A stretch of DNA of 64,000 nt from Lytechinus pictus (lineage: Eukaryota): positions 4,528,001 through 4,592,000 of the forward strand of contig NC_087251.1 of assembly GCF_037042905.1 (NCBI RefSeq), read 5' to 3'. Position numbers and translations under genes: made by a program. Of this stretch, positions 47,431 through 60,000 are shown one piece after another (the stretch's first letter is position 1; the number at the start of each line of letters is the position of its first letter). The notes beneath the pieces were generated by a model, which was given only the letters and a program-made list of their open reading frames with translations, made no database searches and had not been told where the DNA came from.

Positions 47431-48244
47431 TGAACGGTGAGAAAGAGAAAGATGGGAGTGAGAATTATCTTACAGGATATAAAGTGAGGTCCTTAAAGAT
47501 ACTGTAAACAAGATAAATTGATGACTTGGAGTAGAGAAGTCATGGCAGTGATGAACATTGGTGAGTACAAAGTAGAGGAGCGGCAGTGAGTAGATAAGCA
47601 GTGGAGAGTAAATGCGATGAGAAATACACTCCTTGACGTTCTCGACAACTGTGCTGTCAGTCATCAGGAATGGGTGCATGTCTAACTTAAGTTTCTACAG
47701 ACATGCATCAATCAGATATGATTATTGACACATGCGGCAGAGCGAAGTTGAAAGTGGGGGAGGGGCGGCACGGGGAAAAAAAGGGCACTATCTTAAAAAT
47801 GGCCCTATGCAGAATTTTTTTCGCTGGGGGGCAGCACGTGAAAACATGTTGGAAAAAACTTGAAAGCGAAGCGACCGAGCTTATCATTGAGGCGCTTTTG
47901 CATTTTGTTAAGCAAAATAAATGGATTTTGTGCATACTTTTTGGTGAATTTTGTGAAAACCTGCAGTAAAATAATGTGAGTTTTTTTGTGTTTTTTTTGG
48001 GGGGGCAACTGCCCCCCTCCCCCTGCGTACGGCCATGATTTTAAAATAAAGAAAAAATGACTTATCTACCACAATCACATGACTCATGAAACTTAAGGCA
48101 CGTAGGATTAGTTTTTTCATTCATTATATGCACTTGCATGCAAAAGGAAGCAGAACGGAGCTAAATAAAGAAACCAGGCGCACATCGGGCATGAAGAGTG
48201 GTGTTTCAGGACAACCTATCTGATATGAAGAACAGGCAAGTATG

Positions 48245-48815
48245 AGAAGGCACAGGGGCACTCGTTAACACATAACAGATCCATCTCAGGTAAAGGGGCA
48301 CAGAACAAGTTAATGGGGGCAAATTTTCTTAGGTAAAAAAGGGCACTGATACAAGAAAGGGCACCCATAAGAAGGCAAAGGGGCACTTGCTAATGGCATA
48401 AAACAGATCCTTCTCAGGTGAAAGGGGCACAGGACATGTTTGTGAGGGGCACTTTTCTTGGGTAAAAAGGGGCTCAGATTCAAGGAAGGGCACTAACAAG
48501 AAGGCAAGGGAACACTTGCTCACGAGATATATGGCACTTGCTAACCACATAAAACGGGTCCTTCTCAGATGAAAAGGGCAAAGAACACGTACGTCGGTGA
48601 GAGGGCATTTTTTTTGGGGGGGGGGGGGGAAATGGCACTTATACGAGAAAGGGCACCTGGTAACACCTAAACGGGTCCTCTTTCGATGAAAGGGGCAAAG
48701 TACACATTCATGAGGGGGCATTTTTCTTGCGAAAAAGGGGCACTTTTTCAATGCTACAAAAAGATGGGGCACTGCGCCACCCACCCCCCCCCCCTCCAGG
48801 ATTACCGCCCCTGAT
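48245..48815. repeat. Degenerate AAGGGGCAC-rich tandem array at the end of an hAT-like element
   Basis: Many aa(g)ggggcac motifs, ending gattaccgcccctg. Confidence 0.65.
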
Positions 48816-48989
48816 TATTGATGTCTGGAACCAAGGTGACAAGGACTCGAACATCAAAACAATTTGTAACTTCCCTCATGTAGCTTGTATTACTGGCACT
48901 CGACAGTTTGTTTTGACGAGGTAAGGAAGAACTGGAGGGATTGTTACGAGAGCTTAGTTGAGGTAGTATCCTCCTGTTGGGTTTCCATT

Positions 48990-49900
48990 ATGAATTTGAT
49001 ATCAGGGTGGTGTTTGTTGATGTTATATAAGAATCAATGAAGGTTGGGAGTGCTGGAAGGCCAGGCAGACAAATAATGTTAGTGGTTTTAAGGGGTTTTG
49101 GTTCACAGTGCTCCATACAGATGTTGGCTATGATAGGAGACAGTGGAAACCCATTACTGTGCCTTTGAGATGGCTGTAGAAGACAGAACACCATCTGAAT
49201 GAGTGAGGAGAAGATCACAGATTTGGCATGGGGATACATTGGTTCAGGTGCTGTGTTCTTGGTCAGAGATAAGTTGTTGCTGGATGATGTTGCACGCTCT
49301 GTTGACAAGGATGCTGGTGAAGAGTAAGATAACATCAAAGCTGATAAGGGTGTCATGAGGTGCAATTGTAATGTTGAAGATGGAGTTGACGGAGAGCTGG
49401 AGTTGATATCATGCTGCTTGGAGAGGCCTACTAATAGTTGGAGTGTGGTTGCTAGATATCATGCAGTGTTGTAGCATGGAGATCCTTGGGTGGAAATGAT
49501 GAGTTTAAGAAGGGTGTGAGGTTTAGAGATCTTGGGTTGCCAGTAGGGTGTGGGGCATTTGGCTAAAGAGGAACATAGTTGGTATTACATTGATTTAGGC
49601 GGTGCATCGGTCGTTGGAGGGTCAGTAGCTCCTGATTGATTCTCCTTTCTATAGTTAAATGTTGGGTCCCAATCGAGTTTGGTTAATTCTTGGAATCTGG
49701 GAGTAGGACATTGATCATCTTGTCACAGTGTTTTCTTTCCATGATGTGGCATTACCCTTAATGGCTTCAAGGGTGTGGATAGATTGGTTGCGGAGATTAT
49801 CAATAGCGGCATGTTCTCTCTTGGAAGTGTTGAGTTTTGCTGCTTTGGAGACCTGAGAAGACATTAGCTTCCTCAAGTTAAATGTCTATGGCAGATTTTT
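48990..49900 (-). mobile_element. Decayed Penelope-like element RT fragment (copy A)
   Basis: Minus strand encodes SFDVI.LFTSIP and G.PLSPIIANICMEH; inverted homolog of 50100-51230. Confidence 0.75.
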
Positions 49901-50099
49901 AGAGGAAGTGGAGTTTAGGTTCTATCTGTTGGATGATGCCCAAGAAGGTATCTTTGTTCATGCCACAGCAAAGTAAAGTCCCAAACCTAGAACGTCAGGT
50001 GATGATAGTGATATGGGGGGGGGGGGGTGCAAAGTGCAATGTTGATTAGATGAAGTGCATTTGTGTGATTAGAGTCAGTCTCAGTTCTGAATCTGCTGT

Positions 50100-51230
50100 G
50101 GCACCCAAGTTCCCTTCTCAGTCAACATCCAACACTTCAATTCCTCTCTACTTCTGCTGCCCTCAACATTAACCAAGGTCTTGTCTGCAGCAAAGCTACC
50201 TGAACCCAACCTCTCCAAAGAACATGTTGTTATTAAGGACCTCCACAAGTAATTATCCACATCCTAAACTCCAAAAGAGTAATACCAGTCATCATTGATA
50301 GAGAAGACTATGATTATATGATCAACGACCTACTCAGATATTTCAAAAATTAACCAAACTCGACTGAGGCCCACCATTAATTACAGAAAGGAGAATCAAT
50401 CGGAAGCTACTGACCCTCCACTGACCAACGCAATGCCTAAATCGATGTAATACCAACTATGTTCCTCTTTAGCCAAGTGCCCCACACCCTACTGGCAGCC
50501 CAAGATCCACAAACCTCACACTCTTCTTAAACTCATCGTTTACCACCCAAGGACCTCCATGCTACAACACTGCATGATATCTAGCAACCACACTCCAACT
50601 GTTAGTAGGCCTCTCCAAGAAGCATGACATCAACTCACAACACTTAGTCAACTCCACCTTCAAGACCATAATTGCAATAAACGAAACCCTGGTCAGCTTT
50701 GATGTATCTCTCTCTTCACAGCATCCCTACCAACGAAGTGTGTGACATCATCAAGTAACAGATCTCTGACCAAGAACACAGCACTAGAACCAATCTATAC
50801 CCAGACCGAATCTATGATCTTCTCCTCAAATTCATTCAGGTGTTCTGTCTTCTAAAGCCATCTCAAGGCCACAGTCATGGGTTCCAACTGTCTCCTATCA
50901 TAGCCAACATCTACATGGAGTACTTCAAACACCAAGAACATTGACAAACGTCTTTCTTTAAGGTATGTTGATGGCACATTTGCCATCTTGCCTCATAGCA
51001 CTCCTGATCTTCATCAATAAGATCAATTAAACAGCCAGAACCCGGCATCTAATTCACCAAGGAAACCTAGCAAGATGACGCAACCTTCTTTCTAGATGTT
51101 CTCACCAACAAGGTAACATCGGGCCAAATATCACATCAAGTCTACCAGAAACCCACTTCCCACCACAACTTCCGCTCTCACAACTATCCCTCCTTTAAAC
51201 AATTGGTACCAAATACCCTAATCAGACCAG
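50100..51230 (+). mobile_element. Decayed Penelope-like element RT fragment (copy B)
   Basis: Encodes SFDV, MG..LSPIIANIYMEYF, RYVDGTFAI, FTKE, FLDV and VYQKPT motifs with frameshifts. Confidence 0.8.
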
Positions 51231-52374
51231 CTGGATTACACCAAAGTCTGCATAACGGTCACTCCTATTCTAATAATTAATGTCATATTTTACCCAGGGT
51301 AGCCACTTCAGTTCTGACAACTTGCCTCCCAGCGGGCCCTGCTTAACATGTTATTACCCCGGCTTTAACATGGCTACCTTGATCAGGCAATCAAGCATTC
51401 AAGGAATTTTTTCCTACTGGGTACCCATCACCTCACCTGGGTCGAGTGCAGCACAATGTGGGTAAATTTCTTGAAGGAAAATGCATCACTCCTAACCTGC
51501 CACCGCCAGCACTCACTCCTGATGGACAGTCCAAATGTCCAAATTGTTGAGACACATCATCACATCTACTTTTTACTGCTCATCTACACATCTCCGCCTA
51601 TCTCCTTATCAGTGCAAGGACGTCTCAGCTCATCTCCTCTAAGTCAAAAATTCTTTGGTTTACAATTTTCAGGACGAACTGAATGGTGAACCATAAACCT
51701 TATCTGTATCACCATGCAAATCTTGAAGATCAACTCTTTATCAATGGAAAGAGTAATCAGAATAAACAATGCAAGTTTCAAGTTTCATGAGTTTTCATCC
51801 ATTACCAGCTGATTAATTTGCTTTAGAAGCTTTTAAAGTTCACCAGGTTCAATTTCCAAGGCTAAAAATGTTAGTGTTTCTTAAGCAAATACTCAGCTGA
51901 TGAGCTTAAAAAATGCATGATTATTCAGTTATTGTTTGAGTTGAAATGGAAGTTCCATTAGAAAGATGATTTTTCCTGCAAATCATGTACCTAAATAATT
52001 AACTGCAATTGAATAAATCTGCATCATACATAAATATGATAAATACATCTGGAAAATGAAATGAAAATTCTGAATAAATGCCAAAAGATATCAAATTTCA
52101 GGGCACAATATCCTAGAATATTGAATTACTTTAAAGTACACTAAATGTCCAGATAACAAGATATCAGGGTAAAGAAAGAAGACATATGTGATTCTCAAGT
52201 TGAGTTGATGAGGCCAAAGTAAAAGTAGAAAATATCCTGGGTCTTGTCTTTCTTTCATCTATCTTTATTTTTTTTTTCTGTTGACTAAAATATCATGTCT
52301 TATCATCGAGAATTATCTCATCTCTTGTGCACATTTATGTAAATGGCAATGAAAATTCAAATTATACTACTTAA

Positions 52375-53414
52375 CCCTATGCCCCCCCCACAACGATTCT
52401 CGCAATAATTCCGAAATGCAAAAGAAAGCAACGCGAAATTTCATTACTTTTTTCTTTGGTGGCATACGGGTATAGCATTGCGACACCACGTAACTTTTTA
52501 CGAGACAATGTCATGCCGAAAATGGCTCATTTTTATACTTTGTGTACAAAGTCTATGGGAGATGAAATTCATAAAATGGTGATTTTTTTTGTTCTAATTG
52601 GTCTGCCTAATTAATTTAGGGTTTAATTTAGTCGTTAAATGGTCTGTAATAATTTCTATTGAAAAAAAATTGAAAAACAAAAGATGAAAAAACAAAGAAA
52701 TACATAAGGAAAAAATTGGCTTTCGCAATTTTTCTCTATGAACACCTTTAAATTACATAACAATGATGACATATGGAAAAAAAAAGAAGAAAATTTTGAA
52801 GTGAAATTGGGTGTTTAATTTGAAAATGTTTTTTTAACGGATAATTTTGCATAATTTATTCACAATGAATAAAAAAATAATCATTTTCATATTTTTTTTT
52901 ATATACTGGCTTGTAGTTTATGTGGTTAAAGAGAAATGCCAGTAGTTGCAGTAAACACTGATTTCATGAGAAAGTCTGTAAACTAGGCTTAATTGTCAGT
53001 ATATCATCGAGGATCTAGATCTGGTACAGTTACATAAACTGAACTTTGTGAAATCTTGAAATCTGAAGATCACCAACACAGATAAGCGCACGTGGGACAG
53101 TGTATTATTATTGCCTTGAATGTCGGCCCGACGCTTGACCCGAATCCTGTGCTTATTTGCTGATTTCTCAGCAATTACACAATTTCTTCCAGAACTCTTT
53201 GGCAAATATGTTTTATTTATACAAACAGACACTTTGGTGGTCATTTCATTGGATTCTGTACGAACTCATTTTGATATCGTTACCACAACTAGCATTTACC
53301 TTTAAGAATATGCCCTCCAAATTTCGGCGCGATCGGTGGCCGAGATCAGAAGGGCCCCCCCCCCCCCCCCCCCCCCGTCCTCGATACATTTCAAATAGCC
53401 CAGTCCTTTTAGGG
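52375..53414. mobile_element. piggyBac-like non-autonomous element containing a nested Kolobok-like MITE
   Basis: TTAA|CCCT ... AGGG|TTAA; internal similarity to 15724-16482. Confidence 0.75.
52930..53301. mobile_element. Kolobok-like MITE nested at TTAA
   Basis: TTAA|AGAGAAATGCCAGTAGTTGC ... ACAACTAGCATTTACCT|TTAA. Confidence 0.8.
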
Positions 53415-53924
53415 TTAAGAAAGTGTGTAGATATTTTTATACAAGATATCACAAGGAATGAAATGACAGAGAACCTGATTCAAGAACACGTCACCAGCCT
53501 GAAATACCATCCTGGAAGTTTCTACTTGACCAGCAGAGGAACAATTAAATAATTTCCTCAAGTGTTTTCAGTGTTAAAGTCCTACAAAATGATGCTTAAT
53601 CATGTGCAGCCATCAATAAACCGTATTTTCCATACAGTCACAATCTTCATCATTCGACTTTCAGGATAAATGCTCTGGGAAACCAAGAAAACGTTCCTCA
53701 TACTTATTGGTGTACCAAAACATGATACACAAAGGTGCAAATAATCAGTAGTCATTCATGGTAAGGTTCTTCCATTTTCTGCGATTCTCTCTATCGAAGA
53801 GACACAACAGCTCAGCAATTGCATGTCAAATTGAAAAATGCACCTACAAGGATGATTCTTTCTTTTAATCTGGGCCAAATGAGTGCAGCATACCATGACT
53901 TACTACTTCTACAATTTCTTTTCA

Positions 53925-54081
53925 TTACATTAAGAGCTCCCGTCCACTGGCTAGATAACCTTGAGGCTTGACTGGTTTGGTGACTTTCTTTGGTTTGATT
54001 GTTTTACTCATGATCTCATAGCAGTATTCTTCAGGGTTCATTGGGTCATAGATGCTGGGAGATGTCTCGTCTATCTCATAA
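53925..54081 (-). CDS. NAA40: NAA40 last coding exon (YEIDETSPSIYD...YEIMSK...ELLM*)
   Basis: CAG acceptor, TAA stop at 53927-53925. Confidence 0.92.
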
Positions 54082-57000
54082 CTGAAGCAATTCAAGGAGA
54101 GAAAATTAACAATATTATATTATTTCATCAGTTTTCAAAACACCAATGTACAATTACATTCTGGACACCAAGTTTGGATTATTTGTTGAAGGATACTACT
54201 TGATAACACAAAAATATTGTACATGAAAAATAGATTTACAGAGTTTGAAAGTTCTTAAATGTGATATTGAATATAATTGAAGAATCAACTAAAGACCTTT
54301 CAATTGAAAATATGTGTGGATATTAGTCTTCATACATATCTAAATAAAGATTGCATAGTGATACAGTCTGAGACACTGATTGAAAAAAGTAAAGTGAAAT
54401 CATATGCTTTAGTATCTGATCACATGAATCCGTCAGGTGGCACTATATATATGATATATGGATTGTTTTAATTGCTAATTGACATCTACTTGTTTAAAAT
54501 GTAATCATCATCATCAACAAATAACTTACTTGAGTACTTTCTTGAAGAAATTTGTTGCAACAATATTGTTCTTGAAGACTGTAACCATTACCTTTTTCAT
54601 CTTGGTTCTAATACAAGAGAAAGCAAAGAAGGAGATGAATGCACAACCTAAAACATAATGGCTCCCACAACAAACTATAGTGGGTGGGGCTATAAAAACC
54701 TAGAGACATTTAATTTCTTAATCAGGGGGGAGATAAAATATCAAAGAACAATATGGAAGAATAAAAATTTGAAATGGCTAATTGATTCACTCTAAATATA
54801 TGCCAAAGTTATTTCTTTGACAAAGAAATGGATTTTGAGAAAAGGGGTCATGGCATTCATTTTATGTACATTGAATATTTGTCACATAGAGGTGCCGAGT
54901 AAATAATAGCATTAGTCTCCCTATGTTTCCACTTTATAATGACTGAAAAATACTTATTTTGTGTGACATTAAACTAATGTGATGTAACTTTTTTTTTTTT
55001 ATCACTTCAAATTCATTTTAAAAATATTGAACAAAAAGAGCAGGCCCAAAGTTTGATGGACAAAGCAACAAGTAATACAAACTGGACTTGAGTATTGCTG
55101 TTAGTTAATCAAATGATAAATAAAATACCTTTACAAGCTATTTTATCACTTATTACACAGGTCCATTTCAACATATTTTTCTCACAAATGTATTTCAGAA
55201 TCCATGAATAAAATGGTAGCAGGGAGATGTTTTTACTTTAATTTGGGGAGGGTTGTCTAGACAAGCAAGTCAAGTAGGCAAAATCTGCTCCTTTTAATAA
55301 CAAAAAATAAATATAAGCAGAGCCTATTTTCTTACAAAATCATTATTTTACCTGAATGCAAGAAGCTCTAATATCTGCATGAGAAATTTACCAAGACCTT
55401 TTCTCCTCACTTCTGGTGTAAGCTGTATCTCATAGCTATATGGGAAAAAAACAGTCAAATAAAGACCAATATCTTTGACCAAAAACACCATTGTTTGAAA
55501 GTAATGATGGATCGACAAACTCAGTAAAGGGAAACTATAATGATGTACAAATTGACAAATGTGCCCTTTTCAATGTTTTATCTTGAATATCAAAATCCAA
55601 CCTCATGTGCATTTTGATCTCGTTAAGAAAAGTGACTATTTTGGTGATATGAAATTATTTCTGAATTATCAAATTCATCTTCTACAGTATAAGAAGGCCT
55701 ATGAACAGCAACAACCTACAACAGTGATATTCTAAAAATGCTAAACTAATTTCATTTACTGGGGGAAAATGCACTCTCTTAGAAAAAAAGCAATAGATTA
55801 AATTACAGCTCAAAGAGTAAATATTTTCTAGCTCATACAAATGTAAAAGAATTATCATTGGGGCATTATAACAGAAAACATTTTTTTTACATCAAATCTA
55901 TAAACAAGTGGAATGCCTCTGGCAGTCTCACCTGCATCATGCGATTCAATATAGCAGCAGTGCTGACTTTGAATACTACTACAAAATAATTATTCACAAA
56001 AAGCACCATTCATATAATGATACAATACTACGTTCATTGACATTTGACCTTGATCATGTGACCTAAAACTTGTCAGTGAAACTTGATTACCCTATATCCA
56101 CATTTTATACACTATATCTATAAACTTTGAGAGTTATGACAACAATCTAATAATTACCTCTAAAATGGCCAAAGTTCAATGACCTTAAATGACCTTTGAC
56201 TTTGGTCATGTGACCTGAAACTCGCATGAGATGTTCAGTGATACTTGATGACTCTTATGTCCAAGTTTTATGAACTAGACCAATATACTTGTACAGAGTT
56301 ATGATGGTAATTCAACAAATACCCTCAACATGGCCAAAGTCCATTGACCTTTGACCTTGGTCATGTGACCTGAAACTCGCACAAGATGTTCAGTGATACT
56401 AGGTTACTCTTATGTCCACGTTTTATGAACTAGACCAATACACTTACAGAGATATGATGGTAATTTAACAAATAACCCCAAAAGGCCTCTACAAAAAAAA
56501 TTTTCATCACTTGCCCTGTCGGGCAAGTGATAAAAAAATTTGCTTGCCCAATAGAAAAAACTGCTTGCCCGATTTTTTTTCAAAAATTATTTTGCTCTTA
56601 ATTATTCTTTTCTGTCCTGGTTGAACTTGATTTACTGGCGCTGGCCTCGGCATTTATTTTTCTTTACAATTGTTAAGTTGTTCTGGTCGCCGATCGCGAC
56701 GACAAAAGTCTGACGACTCATTGTTTATTTGGTTTGAAGTTGAAGCAGAGTCCTGGCCGAGTCAGTTCGAAGCTTGCATGCATTCAGCGCGATCTAGCTC
56801 GAGAGTCGGCTTGCTCGCGTACGTACGTACATATACTGTAGCGCCGATGTATTAGAGCATGCGCTAAGAGGGCGAGAGAGGGGTTTCCCCAGCTAGCTCC
56901 TTCGTCGATTAGTAGCGCATAGTATAGTTTAGAAAGTAAGATGGCAGCCCCCATCAAACGGGACCGTTGGCGATAAATTGTCGGTAAATTGGCGCTGATT

Positions 57001-60000
57001 TGACATGTTTCCACTGTTTTTTGACTGGTATGACATTTTGTATGAGAGATAATTGGCTGATAATTGCAATTTATCAAAAAATTATTAAAATTTACTGTAA
57101 TATTGTTTTCATTTTCAAAACAACCACTTGCCCGATCGGGCAATTGACTTTGAGAAATGCTTGTCCGCACGTCATTTTCACTTGCCCCGGGCAAGCGGTT
57201 TTGTCGCGCCCTGCCCCCAACATGGCCAAAGTTCTTTGACCTTGGTCAAGTGACCTGAAACTCGGACGCGATGTTCAAAGATACTTTCAGATTACTCTTA
57301 TGTCCAAGTTTCATGAATCAGATCCATAAAGTTTCAAAGTTATGATGGTAATTCAACAGATACCCCCCCCAAAAAAAAAATTGGCCAAAGTTCATTGACC
57401 TATGACCTTAGTCATGTGACCTGAAATTCTCACAGGATGTTCAGTGATAGTTGATTACTCTTATGTCCAAGTTTTATGAACTAGACCAATAAACTTTCAA
57501 AGTTATGATGGCAATTCAACAAATACCCCCAACTTGGCTAAAGTTCATTGACCTTACATGACTTTGATCATGTGACATGAAACTCCCACAGGATGTTCAG
57601 TGATACTTGATTACTCTTATGTCCAAGTTTTATGAACTAGACCAATAAACTTTCAAAGTTATGATGGCAATTCAACAAATACCCCCAACTTGGCCAAAGT
57701 TCATTGACCTTACATGACCTTGATCATGTGACATGAAACTCGCACAGGATGTTCAGTGATACTTGATTACTCTTATGTCCAAGTTTCATGAATCAGGTCT
57801 ATAAACTTTCAAAGTTATGATGATAATTCAGCAGATACCCCCAATTTGGCCAAAGTTCATTGACCCTAAATGACCTTTTCCCTTGATCATGTGACATGAA
57901 ACTCAAGCAGGGTGTTCAGTAATACTTGATTAACCTTATGTATAAGTTTCATGAAATAGGTCCATATATTTTTAAAGTTATGATGACATTTCAAAAACTT
58001 ATCCTTAGGTTAAGATTTTGATGTTGATTCCCCCAAAATGGTCCAAGTTCATTGACCAAAAATGACCTTTGACCTTGGTCATGTGACCTGAAACTCAGGC
58101 AGGATGTTCAGTAATACTTGATTAACCTTATGGCCAAGTTTCAGGAAGTAGGTCCATATACTTTTTAAGTTATGCTGTCATTTAAAAAACTTGACCTTCG
58201 GTTAAGATTTGGTGTTGACGCCACCGCCGTCGGAAAAGCGGTGCCTATAGTATCACTCTGCTATGCAGGTGAGACAAATACTACAACAAAATGAATCACC
58301 AAATCAAATAGAGACATAAATATTTTTGCAAAACACTATCCAAAATATATTCACAAATGAATTTGAAATAGTATTATTATCATTTTTTTTGTTGAATTCT
58401 GTTCATACCAATGAACTCTGTACAGGAACCAGATTTGAAGGAAAATACTGAATATCAAGCGTTAGACCTACTCACCAATAAATGACTTCATCTTCAAAGT
58501 CTAAATCAAATCTAAAATGGCAGAATCCAACTAACTGATCGTCTGCTGTTCTTGCAATCAAATATTGGGCTTGTTCATCTAACAACTCTTCTTTCTTCTC
58601 TCGTTCTTTCCATCCCCAGTCACTGTCTTCATACCTGATGGAAGGTAAAACATTGTTATACACTGTACAATTAGGTACTTAAATATTAGTGAAAGAGAGT
58701 GGAGATTGTAGACTGAAGGAAATACTTCAAATAGTTTATTTGTCAATACAACATTTACAATTGCAAATTTTTACAATAATCCACAAAATGTCACCCAAAA
58801 TATACATACACCAGATCTTTCAATATCAATTAAGATCACAAAAATGCCCTCAAAGGCAGCTTGGTGACTTCGCTCTCTCACTTGTAAATGTTCTTGAAGA
58901 TTTTTAGATATTTGTGCCCCCCCCCCCCGGAAAAAAATATGGATATGGCAATGTAATATATACAGTTGAGGCCAAAAGCTTACATCCACCCATGGAATTC
59001 AGTGAAATTTGTTTGCTTGCCAAACATCGTAAAATTTACTATATCTTCAGAAATGTAAATACTACCATGAAAAATTTGATATCAAATGAAAGAGCATTAA
59101 GCTTTTTCACATGATTGGGATGCCGATGGGATCAAAGTATATTTCAGGTGGAAAAAAGTAACATTCGTGTCAAATGTATTCTATTGTTTGTTATTATATT
59201 TTCAAACATCGTTTCATAGAAATACATAAATGTCAAATCTATGGTTTATAGCAAATTTTCTACATGTCACCACTGAACAAAAAAGTGTAATCTGATGGAG
59301 GAACATGACATACTCATTTGTTTGATATAAAATTTGTCATGATAGCACAATTATTTTATAAGATACAGTAAATTTTATGTTTGGCAAGCGTCAACTTTTC
59401 TTTGAATTTCCTGGGTGTATGAACTTCTGGCCTCAACTGTATACATGTACAACCTGAGTGGCATTTAATCTTGATACTCCACATCCATGGGCCAAGTTTG
59501 ATATTAATCCGTTATCACCATTAGAATAAAGACAGAATGAATGGACAATCAGAAACCTCTGCCAATCACCTGTAGTGGGCCCCAGGCTGAAAAATTCAAA
59601 TCAATTAATAATAGAAACTTCCAACATGGAACCTTTTCATACTCACAATGATTGCATGTTGGTCTTGACTAGACTGAGTACCCAGTCTGTGACATCCTTC
59701 TCCAGTTCAGTAACCTTCTTGCATTCAATGGTCAGATCAAGACTAGAAGAATAAAAACACAAATACAAATAGATTAGCATACATATCTTTAATGACACCC
59801 ACACCCCATACCAAATACTATGTGAGGTGGTGACAGTTGATTTTTCATTCATTACAGCATTGAATTGCCACTGAAATTCCTAATTTTTGTACTTAAGTGT
59901 GAACATCAATTTTAGATAATTTGCTCCCAAATCTGACCCAAACAATTATTAAGAATAATATTGAGAAAATCAATATTTCAAGAACAGCAAAATAACAAAG

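Noticed and set aside
48329..48784. 151-aa Cys/Pro/Phe-rich ORF
   Set aside because: Translation of the AAGGGGCAC tandem array.
55903..58278. Regularly spaced repeats resembling a CRISPR array
   Set aside because: Whole ~160-bp units are repeated with no unique spacers, there are no cas genes, and the context is a eukaryotic intron.
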